Shown: positions 22,814 to 39,877, counted from the first letter of the whole stretch. The stretch is 63,995 nt of DNA, filler included, from Thelocarpon superellum (GCA_026025795.1; 5 parts of 5 records of this genome joined end to end with filler, not necessarily neighbours in it), one strand, 5' to 3'. The notes: generated by a model from the letters alone, not told the origin. Made by a program: numbers and translations.

Positions 22814-23218
22814 CTGTTAACTACTCAATGATTGTAGACCATCGTGCATAGCCCAAGTTGCAGACGCAGAAGATCTTCGGCTGCAGACCCTCCACTCCGG
22901 TAGTTCTGGGAGGTGGTCCGGAATGCAGGCTAATTGCCCCGCTCCTGCTTCCACTCCCGCCGCGTGCTGCCCCTCGCCCCGCCCCTGACAAAGCCATAAC
23001 TACACTAGAGAGCTTCACACGATGACGGCATGATTGCGTGCAACTCCGCTCGTCAACACCGTTACCATCATCATCATCATACTACTGGTAGTGTGAAATA
23101 CACATCCTGCAGGTAGTTTCCTAATTCGACCGCACCTGACCTTACAGTTGACATTGAACCCGCAATTGAGGACTCGATAGTACCCTCGCATCTCGCATCG
23201 TCAGATCCAAACCTAACC

Positions 23219-23831
23219 ATGGCATCAGCACTTGACGTACGTATACCTTTACCGTGCTTCAGCAGTCGAACCCCGAAATGACAGGTCGGCTCAAACTTTC
23301 GCAATAGGCATCGCTTCTCCCTCGCCTGCCCCACGCCGCCTCGACGCTATTCGACGCCAAGGCGGAAAAGGGCATCACATTCGAAGCGCTCGGGAAGGCG
23401 CTCGGACGAGACGAGGTAGCCGTGGCGGCCATATTCTACGGGCAGGCCCAGGCGTCGGCGGAGGACATCGAGAAGCTTGCGGCCGCGCTGGGGCTGGAGC
23501 ATGGGACGCTTCGGCAGCAGCTGCTGGCCTTTCCGAATCGGGGCCAGGTCGTGGAGATGCCGCCCAAGGAGCCGTTGATCTATCGCTTGTTTGAGATCGT
23601 GCAGAATTATGGGTATGCGTACAAGGCGGTGCTAAATGAGAAGTTTGGGGACGGCATCATGAGTGCCATTGCTTTCTCGACTCATGTTGAGGCCGAGACG
23701 GATCAACAGGGCAACAAGTGGGCGGTGATTACCTTGCGTGGCAAATGGTCAGTCTGCCTCCCGAAGGATGAGCTTCTTATGATGCTGGTGCTGATGATGC
23801 TCGACACAGGCTTCCTTACACTCGTTTCTGA
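23219..23831 (+). CDS. CYN1: Cyanate hydratase (cyanase)
   Basis: Exons MASALD | ASLLPRLP...[16 protein letters not shown]...[18 protein letters not shown]...[11 protein letters not shown]...ITLRGKW | LPYTRF*. Two GT-AG introns. Confidence 0.96.
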
Positions 23832-24903
23832 GTCTTGTAGAGTTGTTGTGGTGGTCCATGCTTGCTTGGTCCATATGACCTCACTAGTCATACTACGATT
23901 TGACCCGATCTCAGTCTACACTCACCAGGGGGCAAATCAGAACGTGTAAGCACCTCAAGGCAGCGAGCGTCGGCGTTGAGGAATAAGTGAGCTTTTCCGT
24001 GTCGACAATCAGATCGATGCCGCCGGCCTGCAAGCAGCGGTGATCCGCGAGATCCCTTCCCGTTGGTACGGCTACTCTGTCGCTGTCAGCATGGGTTCGC
24101 AACACTCGAAACCAAGCCCGCCCGCATTGAACGCATCCTCCTTCGCCGCCGCGGATCTCATGGAAATCAGTCGTCCCACCGCACCTCGTCCAATCCGTTC
24201 TCTCTCCGCCCTAGTCGACCCCGCCCAGCTGACGAATCACCCGACGCCCTTCCGCCTGGGCACCGGCCCACGATCCCATGGATGGATCCAGTGTCCAATG
24301 CCAGTTCGACCATCGGCCTGCTCGACCCCCCCTCATGTTGGACTTTGAGCGGCCCCTGTCGCTGCGCGAGCGCCAAGACCGGGTTCGGGCCCGCTTGGCC
24401 ATTACCCCGTCCGTTACCCCGTCGCCTCCAATGGATGACGGAGAGCAGACGATTGGTTGTGCGCGACGCTGCGTTCGATGTTTTGCTACCCAGCACCAAG
24501 CACTTGAAGGACTGCCCTGTGACTGGGAGAATGGAAGAGCCGGGATCGCGTCCTGAGCGGGCCATGGGTCCAAGGAAAGTGACATGTCCACACCGGAGGA
24601 ACGCGTGAATGTTATGATAGCGACGACGCTGGAACAAGAGAATTCACACAGCCTCTTCGTGCCTGTAGTTTCATATCACTAGTAAACAACGTTGCAATCT
24701 GTTCGGTCATCAGCCCCAACTCTTCCGACTCATCGCCACAGTCGGAGAGTGTGGCCCTTCTCCCTTCTCAAGTAGCTGCATCCTCACCCGCTGTCCTCTT
24801 CTCTCCACCAGTATCACAGACCTCCCTCCTCCAGTGCGACCTTCGTCGGTCAGTCGTGTGCAGTCGACGCTTCCCACACCGAACAGATAGACAACGCGCA
24901 AAC

Positions 24904-25637
24904 ATGAACAGCGCGACAAAGTTTTTTGACGCGCAGCGGGACGTCCTGGACCCGTCTTTCCGGAGCCTCACCCACATGTGCCAGCAGACCTACCCACAGT
25001 ATGTCGATGTCATCTCAAGCCAGCCCACCCATCCCTCCAGCATCAATCGTCTGGACCAGGACTCGGCCGGCCCAGTGGCCGAGGAGGCCCTGCGCACGCA
25101 CAACATAGACGATGACGATGGCTTCGAAATCGTCTCCAATGACAGTGAGAGCGATGGTGGCGTCCTGCTTCCTGGGATCTCGTCTCCCTTCTGGTTGTCG
25201 CCAGAGGCCGACGAGGCCGCGTGTCACGTGGCGGACGACGTCGTGCGCGGAGTGCGAGACCTGCATGTTGGCCAGGGCCACACCGACTGTGTGGATGACG
25301 GATGTGCGGACTCATGGGTCACGGTCGAGAAGACCGGGGCGAAGAAGCTTGGGGTGAAGAAGGCAAAGGACCTTCGCCGCGCAGTGGATCCATCGTCCAT
25401 AATGTTCAAGCCCTTCAAGGCCTCCAAGCCCACGCCCATGTTCGATGTCGTCAGCAACAAGTACAAGTGCATGTACTATAAGTGCACGTCAGTGCTCCCA
25501 ATCCCTGCATGTACCTAGCCATGAGTCGCTATGAGCACTGCTGACGTCGCCGCACGAGCAGTATGACAGGTACGACCATGGAAGAAGTGAAGCATCATGC
25601 CCGAATGGTGAAGCACACCGAGTACCTAATGCCGTAA
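24904..25637 (+). CDS. Hypothetical protein with a C-terminal C2H2-like zinc finger
   Basis: ORF from ATG 24904. An intron (GTCAGT...CTGAC...CAG, ~25488-25561) joins YKCMYYKCT to MTGTTMEEVKHHARMVKHTEYLMP*, giving C-x4-C-x12-H-x5-H. Confidence 0.55.
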
Positions 25638-26091
25638 GGACCACGCTACCGTCCCAGAGAAGACGAAGACGAAGACACTGATCAAGGTGTGAATTCTAGG
25701 TGTCCTGGCTGCGGCCAGCAATTCCGTTCCGAGGCAGCATTCGTGGCCCACCGCGAGACGCCTCAGCTCAATTGCCACTTCAGTGTGCGCGGCTGATTCC
25801 CCGAGCCACGGACGCAATCACGGAATGCAAGGATGACGGGGCGGGACATCAAGGCAGTCGAGTGACAACGGCGTGGATACTGCGGTCTCTGAGGAGACTT
25901 TGAGGGTTTGAGGAGATGAAGCCGAATTGACGCGCCTTGAGAAGTGCCCATAGTCCCAAGAGAAAATGAGATGAAGGTTTCCCTCGTGACATGACGCCCT
26001 CACGCATGCACACATCCTGAGTCCTGAGCCCTGAGCCCATGTGAGACTGGACGTTAGTACCCATGTCCTCCTCCGTGTCCGCTGAGACCAG

Positions 26092-26191
26092 NNNNNNNNN
26101 NNNNNNNNNNNNNNNNNNNNNNNNNNNNNNNNNNNTTAATTAATTAANNNNNNNNNNNNNNNNNNNNNNNNNNNNNNNNNNNNNNNNNNNN
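26092..26191. other. Artificial contig-join spacer
   Basis: N44-TTAATTAATTAA-N44. Confidence 0.97.
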
Positions 26192-26898
26192 GTCGTTCTC
26201 GGCTTGCGAACCGGTCTACCTTCATTCCCTCAGACCACGACGAGGCTGGATGGGGCAGCGACTAGGGATACCCTTGTGACGTCAAACGGGAGGAACTTCT
26301 ACGTAGCATGCAGTGAACCCACCATTGCCGTCGTGTCGGATCGCCCCACACCGATGGCAGGGGTGGGCGGTGGACAGTGGCGGTGGAGAGCAGGTGGTAG
26401 GTGGTGGGTGGTGGGTGTTGGTCGTCGTTTGGCGGGCGGGCGTAGACGGTAGGTCGCCATAGAGGCTGACTGGCGACCGATGGCGGTGGGTAGGGCGATC
26501 GCTACGTCGTCTGTATCAGATTTCTCCGCTGCGGCCGCGTTCCGGGGTGTGGAATAGACTCGACATGCAAGTCAGGTACAGAATGGCGTCGGCAAGGCAC
26601 GTGAGTCTGTGCGTTCGCTCTAACCTGGTTGGGGTAGTGGCTTTGGCGCCTCATGAACCGAGCGCATCAGAGGAGGACGACATATCGAGTTTGGGTCGCA
26701 CCTATACCAGGATCTACGCGCGGTGAACACCGCAGTGAACGCCTTACTCGTGTCCCGGGACGCGTACACCGAACGTCCCCCGTGCCACCCGCCAGAGCTG
26801 CGCGTTACTCGTACCCGAGCCACGCCGGTCCACGCCGGTCATGCCCCCCTTGCTGTTCCACCGTAGCCCGGGACCTTGGCGCCCTTGTCACGGGGATC

Positions 26899-30400
<3,502 letters not shown>

Positions 30401-30685
30401 ATGACACACTTGCCTTCCGCCCCCCCTCCCCCCCTCCCCTCCCCTTTTCCCCTTCTCCCTCTCCCTCAATCTTACGTAACAACGGTGCATGGTATCGGTA
30501 GTATGTATGCGTGAATATGGTGAGTTATGGACTTGCAGGGCTGACTTGACTGAGTACCTGCCTCTCCACCTACGCTCCTATGCTGCCACTCCTCCACTCC
30601 TTGACTTCTCCACTCCATCTACCTCGCTGCCAGCTGACCAGGTACCCACCCACGACCCCATGCATCCATGCTGCCACGTGTTCGA

Positions 30686-31593
30686 CTAGAACGTCACCTT
30701 GGTCAAGGTCTGGTGGAACTTCCGTCCCTGTAGCTTTGCCAAGCTCAGTTCTTTCTCGCTCGGGTTGCGCACGGAGGTCGATGGCTTCAAGAGACAGCCG
30801 GTGCATTAGCATTCCTTCTACTTGGCTGCATCTCCTTGGAGGGATGATAGGTCGCACGGGACGAGAAAGTATGAAAGTGCTCACCGCAAAAGTACCCGCT
30901 CCCCACGGCGACCCACCCCGAACCTCGCTCAAGTCCGTCAGGATAGGCATGGCCTCGCCATACCCCAGCGGGACGAAGATGATGCCATGGTGAGCGAGGG
31001 TGCTGAGGGCGGCAATGGCCGTCGACTCCTGACCACCGCCGGGGCCTGACGACGAGACGAAGACGCCGGCATACTTGCCAATGTACGAGCCCTGGAACCA
31101 TTTCTGGCCCGTGCGGTCCCAGAACGTCTTCCACTGCGCCGGGAAGTTGCCAAAGCGCGTCGGGATGCCAAACAGATACCCGTCGTAGCCATCCAGCAGG
31201 TCCGCCAGCACCGCGAATGCGTCCTTGCCCTCGGTCGCTTCGGGAACGATCACGCCGTGGTCTTTCAGCTTGAGGTCCGGAGCGTGCATGGCCCCGAGCG
31301 CCTGCGAGTCGAGTGTCTCCGGTACCCTATGGTGACGTCGTGTGAGTAAGCTGCGGGAAAGCGATGGTGATGTGGGCATGTCTCACGCGATCAAGGTCGC
31401 TTCTCCTCCCGCTGCCTTGATCCCCTCCTGCTCCGCCTTGGCGAGCTGGAAGATGTGGCCGTACATGGAGTACTACGGTGCGCGTGCATTAGTCAGGTGA
31501 TCGTTGGGCGATGCTCTGCCAGCCAGAGCTCCATGTGACCTGCGGCTGTCGGCATGGTGCACTCACAAAGACGATGGCGATCTTGGGAGCCAT
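30686..31593 (-). CDS. Flavodoxin-like NAD(P)H:quinone oxidoreductase (WrbA/Pst2/Ycp4 family)
   Basis: Exons MAPKIAIVF | YSMYGHI...VPETL...[22 protein letters not shown]...GGGQEST...[11 protein letters not shown]...[11 protein letters not shown] | ...[13 protein letters not shown]. Three introns. Confidence 0.93.
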
Positions 31594-32446
31594 GATGGAA
31601 GATGGGGGGTGAGTGGTAGGAATGGAGGATGGGTGAGAGTTGATGGAAGTCCAGGAGGGTGAGAGTCGATGGAGGTCCACGAGGGACGGTGGTGCAATTG
31701 AGTCTGGTCTGGTGTGGATGGAGTGACAATCGAGCCGCAATGGCGTGACTACTTAAATATCGGGTCGTGGTGGGGCAGGGAGGGAGAGGGGGAGGGGGAG
31801 GGGGAGGCCTCAAATACCACCACTACCAGGACTACTAATGCCAGCTGGTAGTATAACTTCCGTAGTACGGAGCGCTCCACATTGCGTCGCAGCGTCAACA
31901 GTCCCGATCCCCGCAGGCAGTCGAAGTGAGTCGGCGCCGGATCGACCGAGTCTCAGTGGCGTGCATGGCAAGACTACGCGGGCGGGGTATTCCTAAGCGA
32001 CGACTAAACTACCAAGAGCTGGTGGGGTGGTCCACACACCGCACATGATTGGTGGGACTCACGTTGGTCACACTCGTTGTGTCCCTGATTATTGGTAAGC
32101 CAGGTCTTTCTGCGCACGCTTCCGCATATCAATTCGGCTTCGTGCTGCTTGCGAAGCATCAGGTAATCATATGTCATACAAGCACGGCCACCGCCCCCTG
32201 CAGCACGTCAACCTTGCAGCTTTCCACTGATCAATGCTATCCACAGACTTTCCCCCGGGCTGGTTCCACCCGCGCTAGTGAATCCGAATGGAGAGAGCTA
32301 CTGGTACGAGTACAGTTGGTCGAGCAGATTCCCGTGGTCCCCGTGGAAACGATGATCCATTCAAAAGTCTCCGAGTATCTTATTGATCCTCTTGGTCCTT
32401 GTTCACGCCTCCTTACCTACGCCCCCGTCAATATCGATCCGGATGG

Positions 32447-35400
32447 TCATATGGCCTGTTCCGCAAGCACTTGCTTGGCGACTTGAATTGCCCGGTCAGG
32501 CATGCCTATGCAACGCGTCAGCGAACGTAACGACACATGAGAAGAGAATGCCTCTCACCCGCAAGTCGCGCTACTTTGAGCGCATGCGATTGTCGATTGA
32601 CTCCCGGTCGAAGCCGGTGGATGTAGGAGAAGCTTCCGTCCCCGTCTTCCACCACGTCGGTGCAATAGCAGGCGAGATGATCCATGGAGGCCGTGAGATC
32701 GGCAAGGGCGTGAAAGTGCGTTGCAAACAGCGTGCGACAACGGTTGACGTGGTAGAGGTGTTCAAGACATGCATAGCCAACAGCAACGCCGTCTTCCGAC
32801 GTCGTACCGCGGCCGACTTCATCCATGATGACCTGCGAGCATTCAGCGCCCAAGCCATATCCACATCGCCGAGAGACCCACCAACGACCGCGACGTAGCT
32901 TGCCGCAAGATGGCAGCCGACTCCAGCATCTCCACCATGAACGTGGATTGATCTTGATACAGATTGTCGGCCGTCCCAATCTGCATCCGGTCAGCTTAGT
33001 GGACACACCCGATCTCTCGAGCCCTCGAGACTGACCCGACTGAAGACCTGGTCAACCAGGCCAATCTCTGCAAACTCGGCGGGAACAAAGGACCCCGCCT
33101 GGGCCATGATGGTGATCAACGCAATCTGTCGAAGAAACGTGCTCTTCCCCGCCATATTGGGTCTGATAGATGGTTAGCGTTCAATCATGGCCGCTCCATC
33201 TCCACACCCACCCCGTGATCAGCCAAATTCGCTCATTCTCGCCAAGGAAGCAATCGTTGGCGCTGAAATGCCTCCCTTGCTCTTCGAGCCCGCGTTCTAC
33301 CATCGGATGCCTGCCTCCCACAATCTTGCATCCTGGCCTCGCGTGGACCAACGGCCGAACCAATCCATGCGTCGTGGCCGCCGTGGCAAAGGCGCAGGCA
33401 ATGTCAAGCTCGTCCAATACCGCCGCATTCCGCCGGAGCAGGCTCAAGTTCAGGATGACCTCGTCGCGCAGGCGGCGGAACACAAGCTGCTCCTCGGCCC
33501 GGATCTGCACCCTGATTTGGTCCATCTGGCCCCCCAGACTCGTCCATTCCGGAAGGTGAAAGGAGCGTGTGCTCTTGCTGGCGCTCACGCTGCGGAATTT
33601 CTCCGTCGACGAGACGGGTGAGGTCGTGTCCTTACCCTTGACGTGGCAGATATGTCCCAGCCCAGGTGTCCAACGCAGCGTCAGACTTTTGGCTCCGTAT
33701 TGCTGCCTCAACATCTCGGCCAGATCCAGCTTCTCTCGATACATCTGGTCAAGCCGATGGTGAAGTCGGGTCAGCGTCGGACTGGCACCTTTCCTCATCA
33801 CCCATACGTCCTCGTCCGACCAGTTGGGCGACTTTGCCGTGTACGCATCCGCGTCCAGGTGGGCGGTCGAGCGTCGGGGAAACCTGAAATGAGTGGTGCT
33901 AGATCTTTCACCTCCGTCGACAGCTTGTGCCTGTGACATGACCCCGGCAGCTTCGTTCTCCTGCAGATGCTGTCTCCGGCTGAGGCCTTCCACGTCGATC
34001 GCTTTATTGATTCGTGCGGCGAGCTTCTTGGGCGCGTTCAGATCGACGCGTCGCAGCAGCGCAACGAGGGCGTCTCGGTTGGGATCGACGTCGGGACGCG
34101 AGGAGCCCGGCTCCCCCGACGTCTCATCGGCAAGGAGCTCGACGGTCATCTGCGTGGCCGTGATGGCCTTGCACAGTGACAGCAGGTCATCATGGTCCCC
34201 TCGACCCAGGGAGAACTTCTGTACCAAGCGCTGTGCGTCTTGAGAATGACGCAGTGTATCGATCACATCTTGTCGTAGCACCACCCGCTGGAGGAAAAAC
34301 GAGACCAGGTCTAGCCGGCCGTTGATGATGGAGAGCGAGGTAGACGGTGCCGCTGGTCCGGCCGGGCCGGGAGGTCAGCGATTGCAAATGCTCTTGGGTC
34401 GGGGACCTACTCAATCGGTCGCTCAGCAATCGTGCACCGCTGCTGGTGACGGTCTTTTGCATCGTATGCAGTAAGCTGCCCCTAGTCAGGCCATCTTTGA
34501 GCGTCGTCTTGATCTCCAGGGAACGCAGACTGTTCTTGTCGATCAACATGCTTTCGTTTGCGTGCTGGCGAATCGGCCGCTGCAACTTCATCGGCAGCCC
34601 TTGTAGCTGCACCTTCACGTACTCCAGCAGCCTCGTCCCGGCCGTGATCTCTTCTCTCGTAAAAGCACGCGCCTCGTCCGAGGCCATGGGGCTCTCGAGC
34701 TCCTCCGCCCAGTCATCGATCCTAGGCTCAAGGTTCGAGGGAGGGTGGTGCATCATCAGGTGGCGATAGTCGTGAAGCAATGAATCACATAGGTGATCTT
34801 GGAATTGCTGCCCGTGTCGGTCGTAGATAATTTCCCGGGGCGCGATCCGCGAAATGGCCGATGGCAACGATGCCATCGTCGTAGCCTGAGTGAAGAAGTC
34901 GCCGGTGGAGAGATCGAGCCATGCAAGACCTACCGCGCCAGGGTGCGACTCTGCGTCCGGTGACGTGCCCTGCGTCGGGTGGCTGGGCGGACCACACTCG
35001 GCGGCATCCGTCACGGAGATGGCCAGTAGGTAATTGTGCTCGGCCGTCTTGATGAAGCGTTCATCGATCAACGTGCCCGGGGTGATGACGCGAGACACCC
35101 TTCGGTCAAACATCAGACCCCCAGATCGCACTTTCTCCGACGCGTCATTGGCAACCTCCTCGCTGATGGCCACGTGCTGCTCTAGGTCTTGCACCAGGAC
35201 CTTCAAGAAACGGTCGAGCTGAAAGAATGGAAACCCCGCCTGGCACTGGTCAGGAGGGTGATCTGGACCTTGACCTCGACCTCTTCAAGCCACATACCAT
35301 CGGCACCGGGCCAGCGTTGGTTGACTTTTGGGCCACCTTGAGGTTCAGCAGGGGCCCGTAACGTTCGGCTTGCTCAAAGTACAGCTATCCAGCGCATCAG

Positions 35401-35803
35401 ATGGTCATCTCATGCTCACATGCCAGAGAAGATGCACCTCATAGAAGCTTCCCACGCGGGTCAGAAGAACACAATTTTCGAATTTACGCATATTGCTCCT
35501 GGCCTGCCGGACCACGGTGGGATAGGCAGCCGGCTCCGCGTCCTTAGGAAACGGCTCCAGAGAGAGGGCGCCTTGCGGAAGGTTGGCCAGTTTAGTCTTG
35601 GAGCTCGTCCGGACATCCCGGTGGGACGAGCTGCCAGGGGGCAGCTGCCAACGCTTGAGTCGTTGAGCCGGCACCGATCTGGATGCGCTCCCGAGGACAT
35701 AGCCTCGACGGGGCAACGGTTGAATCCGCTGTCGAGCGCACACGGAGCAGAGAGATGTGGATCGATTCCTATGAAGTAGGCTCCGTGCAATACTCCAGTC
35801 CAT
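32447..35803 (-). CDS. MSH1: Mitochondrial MutS homolog Msh1, multi-exon
   Basis: Motifs [87 protein letters not shown] and [11 protein letters not shown]. Basic N-terminal presequence. Confidence 0.93.
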
Positions 35804-36394
35804 CGTACCCGTGAGGTTCCGCTCACGCCAGATGCATGGTCAGTCCTACCTCTCGAGGCCCTCAAGTTCAGCCCGAAGGATGTTGGGGGTCTTGATTTCG
35901 CCAGGGTCGACGGGCAGAACGCCAACTCTTCACGACCTCACGTGACGCACTTTGTCTCAGGGAAACATTTGACGGCTCGCGAATGCCGATGGAGGGGGGT
36001 CCACGTGACTTCACATACGACGCATCTACGAGACTGGGCTACACCACCGATGGGAGGTGAAGGTTGCAAATCTGACGATTCTAAATACTATCGAAGCACC
36101 CGAAATGTGGACGAGAACAGGTGTGCGGGACGATGCAGAGAAGGGCAGATGCCTGATGCCGGAGCAGAACGTCAAGACACGACGAGACGCCCAGGAACGA
36201 TGACAGATGGAGATGGAAATCTAGGCCAAGCAAGGAAATATAGCGCCCCGAGCCCTCTCGTCTCCTTCTCCTCACGTCCCCCGCTCCCGTCGCCATGGCG
36301 GCGAGCGGCGCGTACCTTCCGTTACTCCTATCCATCTTCCCACGTCGTCGCGGTTCAAGGAAGGGTGGGGCCGCGAAGCTTGAGAATGTCCTGA

Positions 36395-37879
36395 TCACTG
36401 TGTGGTGCACGACGTCGTTTCGGCGTGGGCGCGAGGATCGTCATCGTCGTCGACCATGGCATTCCCCTGCGCTCTCGCCTTCTGCTCGGGATCAATGTCT
36501 TCGAGCGTGTGATCGGAGATCTCGTCGGCCATTTGATCTTCGGGCGGCGTCGGCAGCGTGCTGGCCTGACCCAAGATCTGCTGAAGCTGGTCCAGTTCTG
36601 CATCCGACGGCTGGAAGGTGGCGTTGGGGAATTTCACGTCAAAGCGAATGTAGAGATTACCAAAGAGGAGCTCCTCCTCACGGTAATAGTAGGGCATGCC
36701 TTGCCCCGGAATCATCTTGATGTCACCTGCGCGGCACGTGAGTTAGCCTACACGTGAGCCATGGGGGGGAGAGAGAGGCTGGCCGAGCGTACCAGGACTG
36801 AGGTATCGGCGGCGTTCGACGTGGACCCGCAGCAAGCGCTTGTCGAGATGCTCGATATAGAGGTGGCCGCCCGTCAGCGCCGTGACCAGATCGATCTCGG
36901 CGAGGTGAAAGAGGTCGTTGCCCTTGCGCTCAAAGCGGTCGTGCGGCTTCTGTCGGATTTCGAACTGCACATCGCCCGGCAGCGCGCCGGGCGCCTGGTC
37001 GCCTTCGCCGGGGAAGTCGAAGACGGTGCCGTTGCGGACGCCGCGGGGGATACGCAGATGGAGAACCTTGCGCTCCGTGACGATCTTCTTGCCCATGCAC
37101 TGCTTGCACCGGCCCTCTTCCGAAATGATCTCGCCCGAGCCTTCACATTTCGGGCAGGGCGTGTGGAACTGCTGCCGCATCGGCCCGATGCGCCGCTCCA
37201 TGCGCAGCATGCCAACGCCGCCGCAATCTCCGCACTCCTGCACGGCGCCCTTCTTGCCACCGCGACCTTCGCACTTGGGACAGATGACCGATTTCTGCAG
37301 CGCCAGCTTCGACGTCTTCCCACGATAGATGTCCTCGAGCGAGACTTGGTGCGGGTGGATGATGGGCTTCACCTTTTGGGGACCCCCGCGCCCCGCGTCG
37401 CCGCGGAAGAGGCTACCGAAGCCGCCGCCGCCGCCGAAGCCGCCACCTCCAAAAGACGCGCCGCCGCCGCCGAAGAACTGCGAGAAGAGGTCCTCGGCCG
37501 ACATGCCGCCCCCACCGCCGCCCTGCTCAAGCCCTTCTTGGCCATATTGGTCGTAGATTTGTCGTCGCTGGGGATCCGACAGGATACCATATGCATGTGA
37601 GAGGTCCTTGAACTTCTCTGCTGCCTCGGGGTTGTGCGCATTCTTGTCTGCGCGAGTGTCCGTCAGCACCGGTCACGCTCGGCGGAGGCCCGCGCGGAGG
37701 GAGCACACGTACCCGGGTGATGCTTTAGTGCGCCTTTCTTGTAGGCCGTCTTGAGCTCGGCATCGGATGCCGTGGGGGCAACCTGTCCTTTGCATGAGCT
37801 TTACCCCCACCTCGCTCGTCAAGGCAGCGAGGAGATGACCTACCCCGAGGATATCATAGAATTTGGTGTCCTTCACCAT
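36395..37879 (-). CDS. YDJ1: Type I Hsp40/DnaJ chaperone (Ydj1/Mas5)
   Basis: J-domain MVKDTKFYDILGV...HHPDKN, G/F-rich region, four CxxCxGxG-type motifs, GQGMP and a C-terminal CaaX (CTTQ). Confidence 0.9.
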
Positions 37880-38766
37880 CTCGAGGGAGTACCAGGGACA
37901 CGCGCGTCGACGGTTGCGCCTACGTCACACTGACTGGACGCTCGTCAAGGTGCGGGGATCAGTCTGGCAGAATGACGGGTCAGTAAGGCTGGTCTCAGGT
38001 GATCCTTGCCACCATCCTCAACGTCCACAAAGACGAGCGGTCGACGGTCGAGGACGGGACCGATGCGCAGGGCTGCGTACCACGGCTCAGCACCGGAGAG
38101 AATTCGTGAGGTTGAGCCAGGTCCCGTCACGGTTCGGTGGGGAGCGATGGGCCAGAAAGGAAAGGTGGAAATGTTGAGGTTGTTGAGGTCGGACGGGAGG
38201 AGGCTAGGAGTGTGAGTAGAGGGTAAAAGAACCGCAGGCGACTCGACGTCGAACGCACAGCCTAGCAGTGGAAAAGCGTGGAAGACTGACTTCACGGGTC
38301 GAGTGGTCAGATTGCCGAGCTTGATATGGTTGGCGTTGACTTGCGGATGCCCGTGTGTTGCCGTCGACTGAGGTGCAGAACTCGAGAGAAGGCCAGAGAA
38401 AGTATTTCGCCCTACCAAGTACGAAGTACTTTCGTGCCTGGAGCGTCGGCAGCGGTAGTGGCACCCCTTCCTCTCTCTCTCAGCCGCCTGACGCCAACCA
38501 CGGGGACCGCCAGCTGCAGTTATGCTGAGCTTACTCGTACCCTTTCTCTTTGGTGGCGGGGACCTCGCTTGGTCTACCAATCATCCGCTCGTGATCTCGC
38601 TCGCCCTAGTCGAGCCTTATCGGGCTGTTGACGACAGGCGTGACAGCGACCAGTGCAGTAACTTATCTGGCCAGCTTGCTGTCAACACTCCAGGCTGCGG
38701 ACGACTCTTTCACCCATCTACCGCGCCCTCGCTCAACCTCACCTCAACCTCAACTTCTACCTCAAA

Positions 38767-39146
38767 ATGGACCCTGGATTTCTCGCCGCGTTGGAGGAGG
38801 CAAAGAAAGGCGCGGCAGAAGGAGGCGTGCCTGTGTGTGCACATCCGCCCGACTGATCCGCGGCGGTGAGGCTAACTGCAGATCCTGATGATCAAGATCG
38901 GGGCCGCGCTCGTGCATCGAGATGGTCACATCATGGGCCGCGGCCACAATATGCGCGTGCAAAAAGGCAGTGCGACGCTCCACGTACGTCGTCGTCGGGC
39001 GCAGGCAGCGATGGGTTCCGAGGTACGGATGAATAATCCTCCTACAGGCCGAGATGTCGGCACTCGAGAACACGGGCCGGCGTCCAGCGTCGGACTACCG
39101 CGGGGCTACCATGTACACCACCCTCTCGCCTTGCGACATGTGTACC
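38767..39146 (+). CDS. FCY1: Cytosine deaminase, 3'-truncated at the contig end
   Basis: MDPGFLAALEEAKKGAAEGGVP | IGAALV...GRGHNMRVQKGSATLH | AEMSALEN...TMYTTLSPCDMCT, with HAE and PCxxC zinc motifs. Confidence 0.93.
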
Positions 39147-39246
39147 NNNNNNNNNNNNNNNNNNNNNNNNNNNNNNNNNNNNNNNNNNNNTTAATTAATT
39201 AANNNNNNNNNNNNNNNNNNNNNNNNNNNNNNNNNNNNNNNNNNNN
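39147..39246. other. Artificial contig-join spacer
   Basis: N44-TTAATTAATTAA-N44. Confidence 0.97.
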
Positions 39247-39877
39247 GTTGGAATTGCCGAGCTGGAGATACCTAGGTGGAATGTCTTCAGCGCGTCTCTC
39301 TCCGGTGTGGTGGGTGTTCGACTTTGCAAAGCCAACGGGAGAGGGGAAGTCACCGGGGTGCTACTGCGCTATGGCCTTGGAAGTTTTGAGGTTCTTGAAA
39401 GATATGCCCCACATCTTGCCATGGCGGAAAGCACAAGCTCTGGTGCCATCTGCTTTCTCATCCATCGAAGCGGCATGTCCGGTGTGTACCGGCGGCGGCA
39501 GACGATCGAACAGATTGAAATCCGCGGGCATGTGAGCATCTCCGAGTTGCGCACAGACGATCGTTTGTGGCACTCGTATCCGATGACCGGAAGGCTGTAC
39601 CGGCTTTCCTCGAACTCGTTTGCGCGAGTCGAGGTGTATCTGCATCACGACGGATGAGTGCCTGTCCGAGATACATCCACAAGCGGAAGTGGACTCGTGC
39701 CAATAGAAGAGGAGACACCTCGATGGTCGTGGTTGCCAGAGAAATTCGACCGTGCGTCGTACATGAAGCCGAGAAGGGCGAGAATTTTGTGGTCAGACGA
39801 TATAATCTCATGCTTACCCGGCACCAAACGTCGTGCGCATCTTCACGTGGTCTGCGTCACCTATTGAACATGGAGAC

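Noticed and set aside
39247..39870. Short ORFs at the start of contig 4
   Set aside because: No recognisable domain or consistent splice model in any frame.
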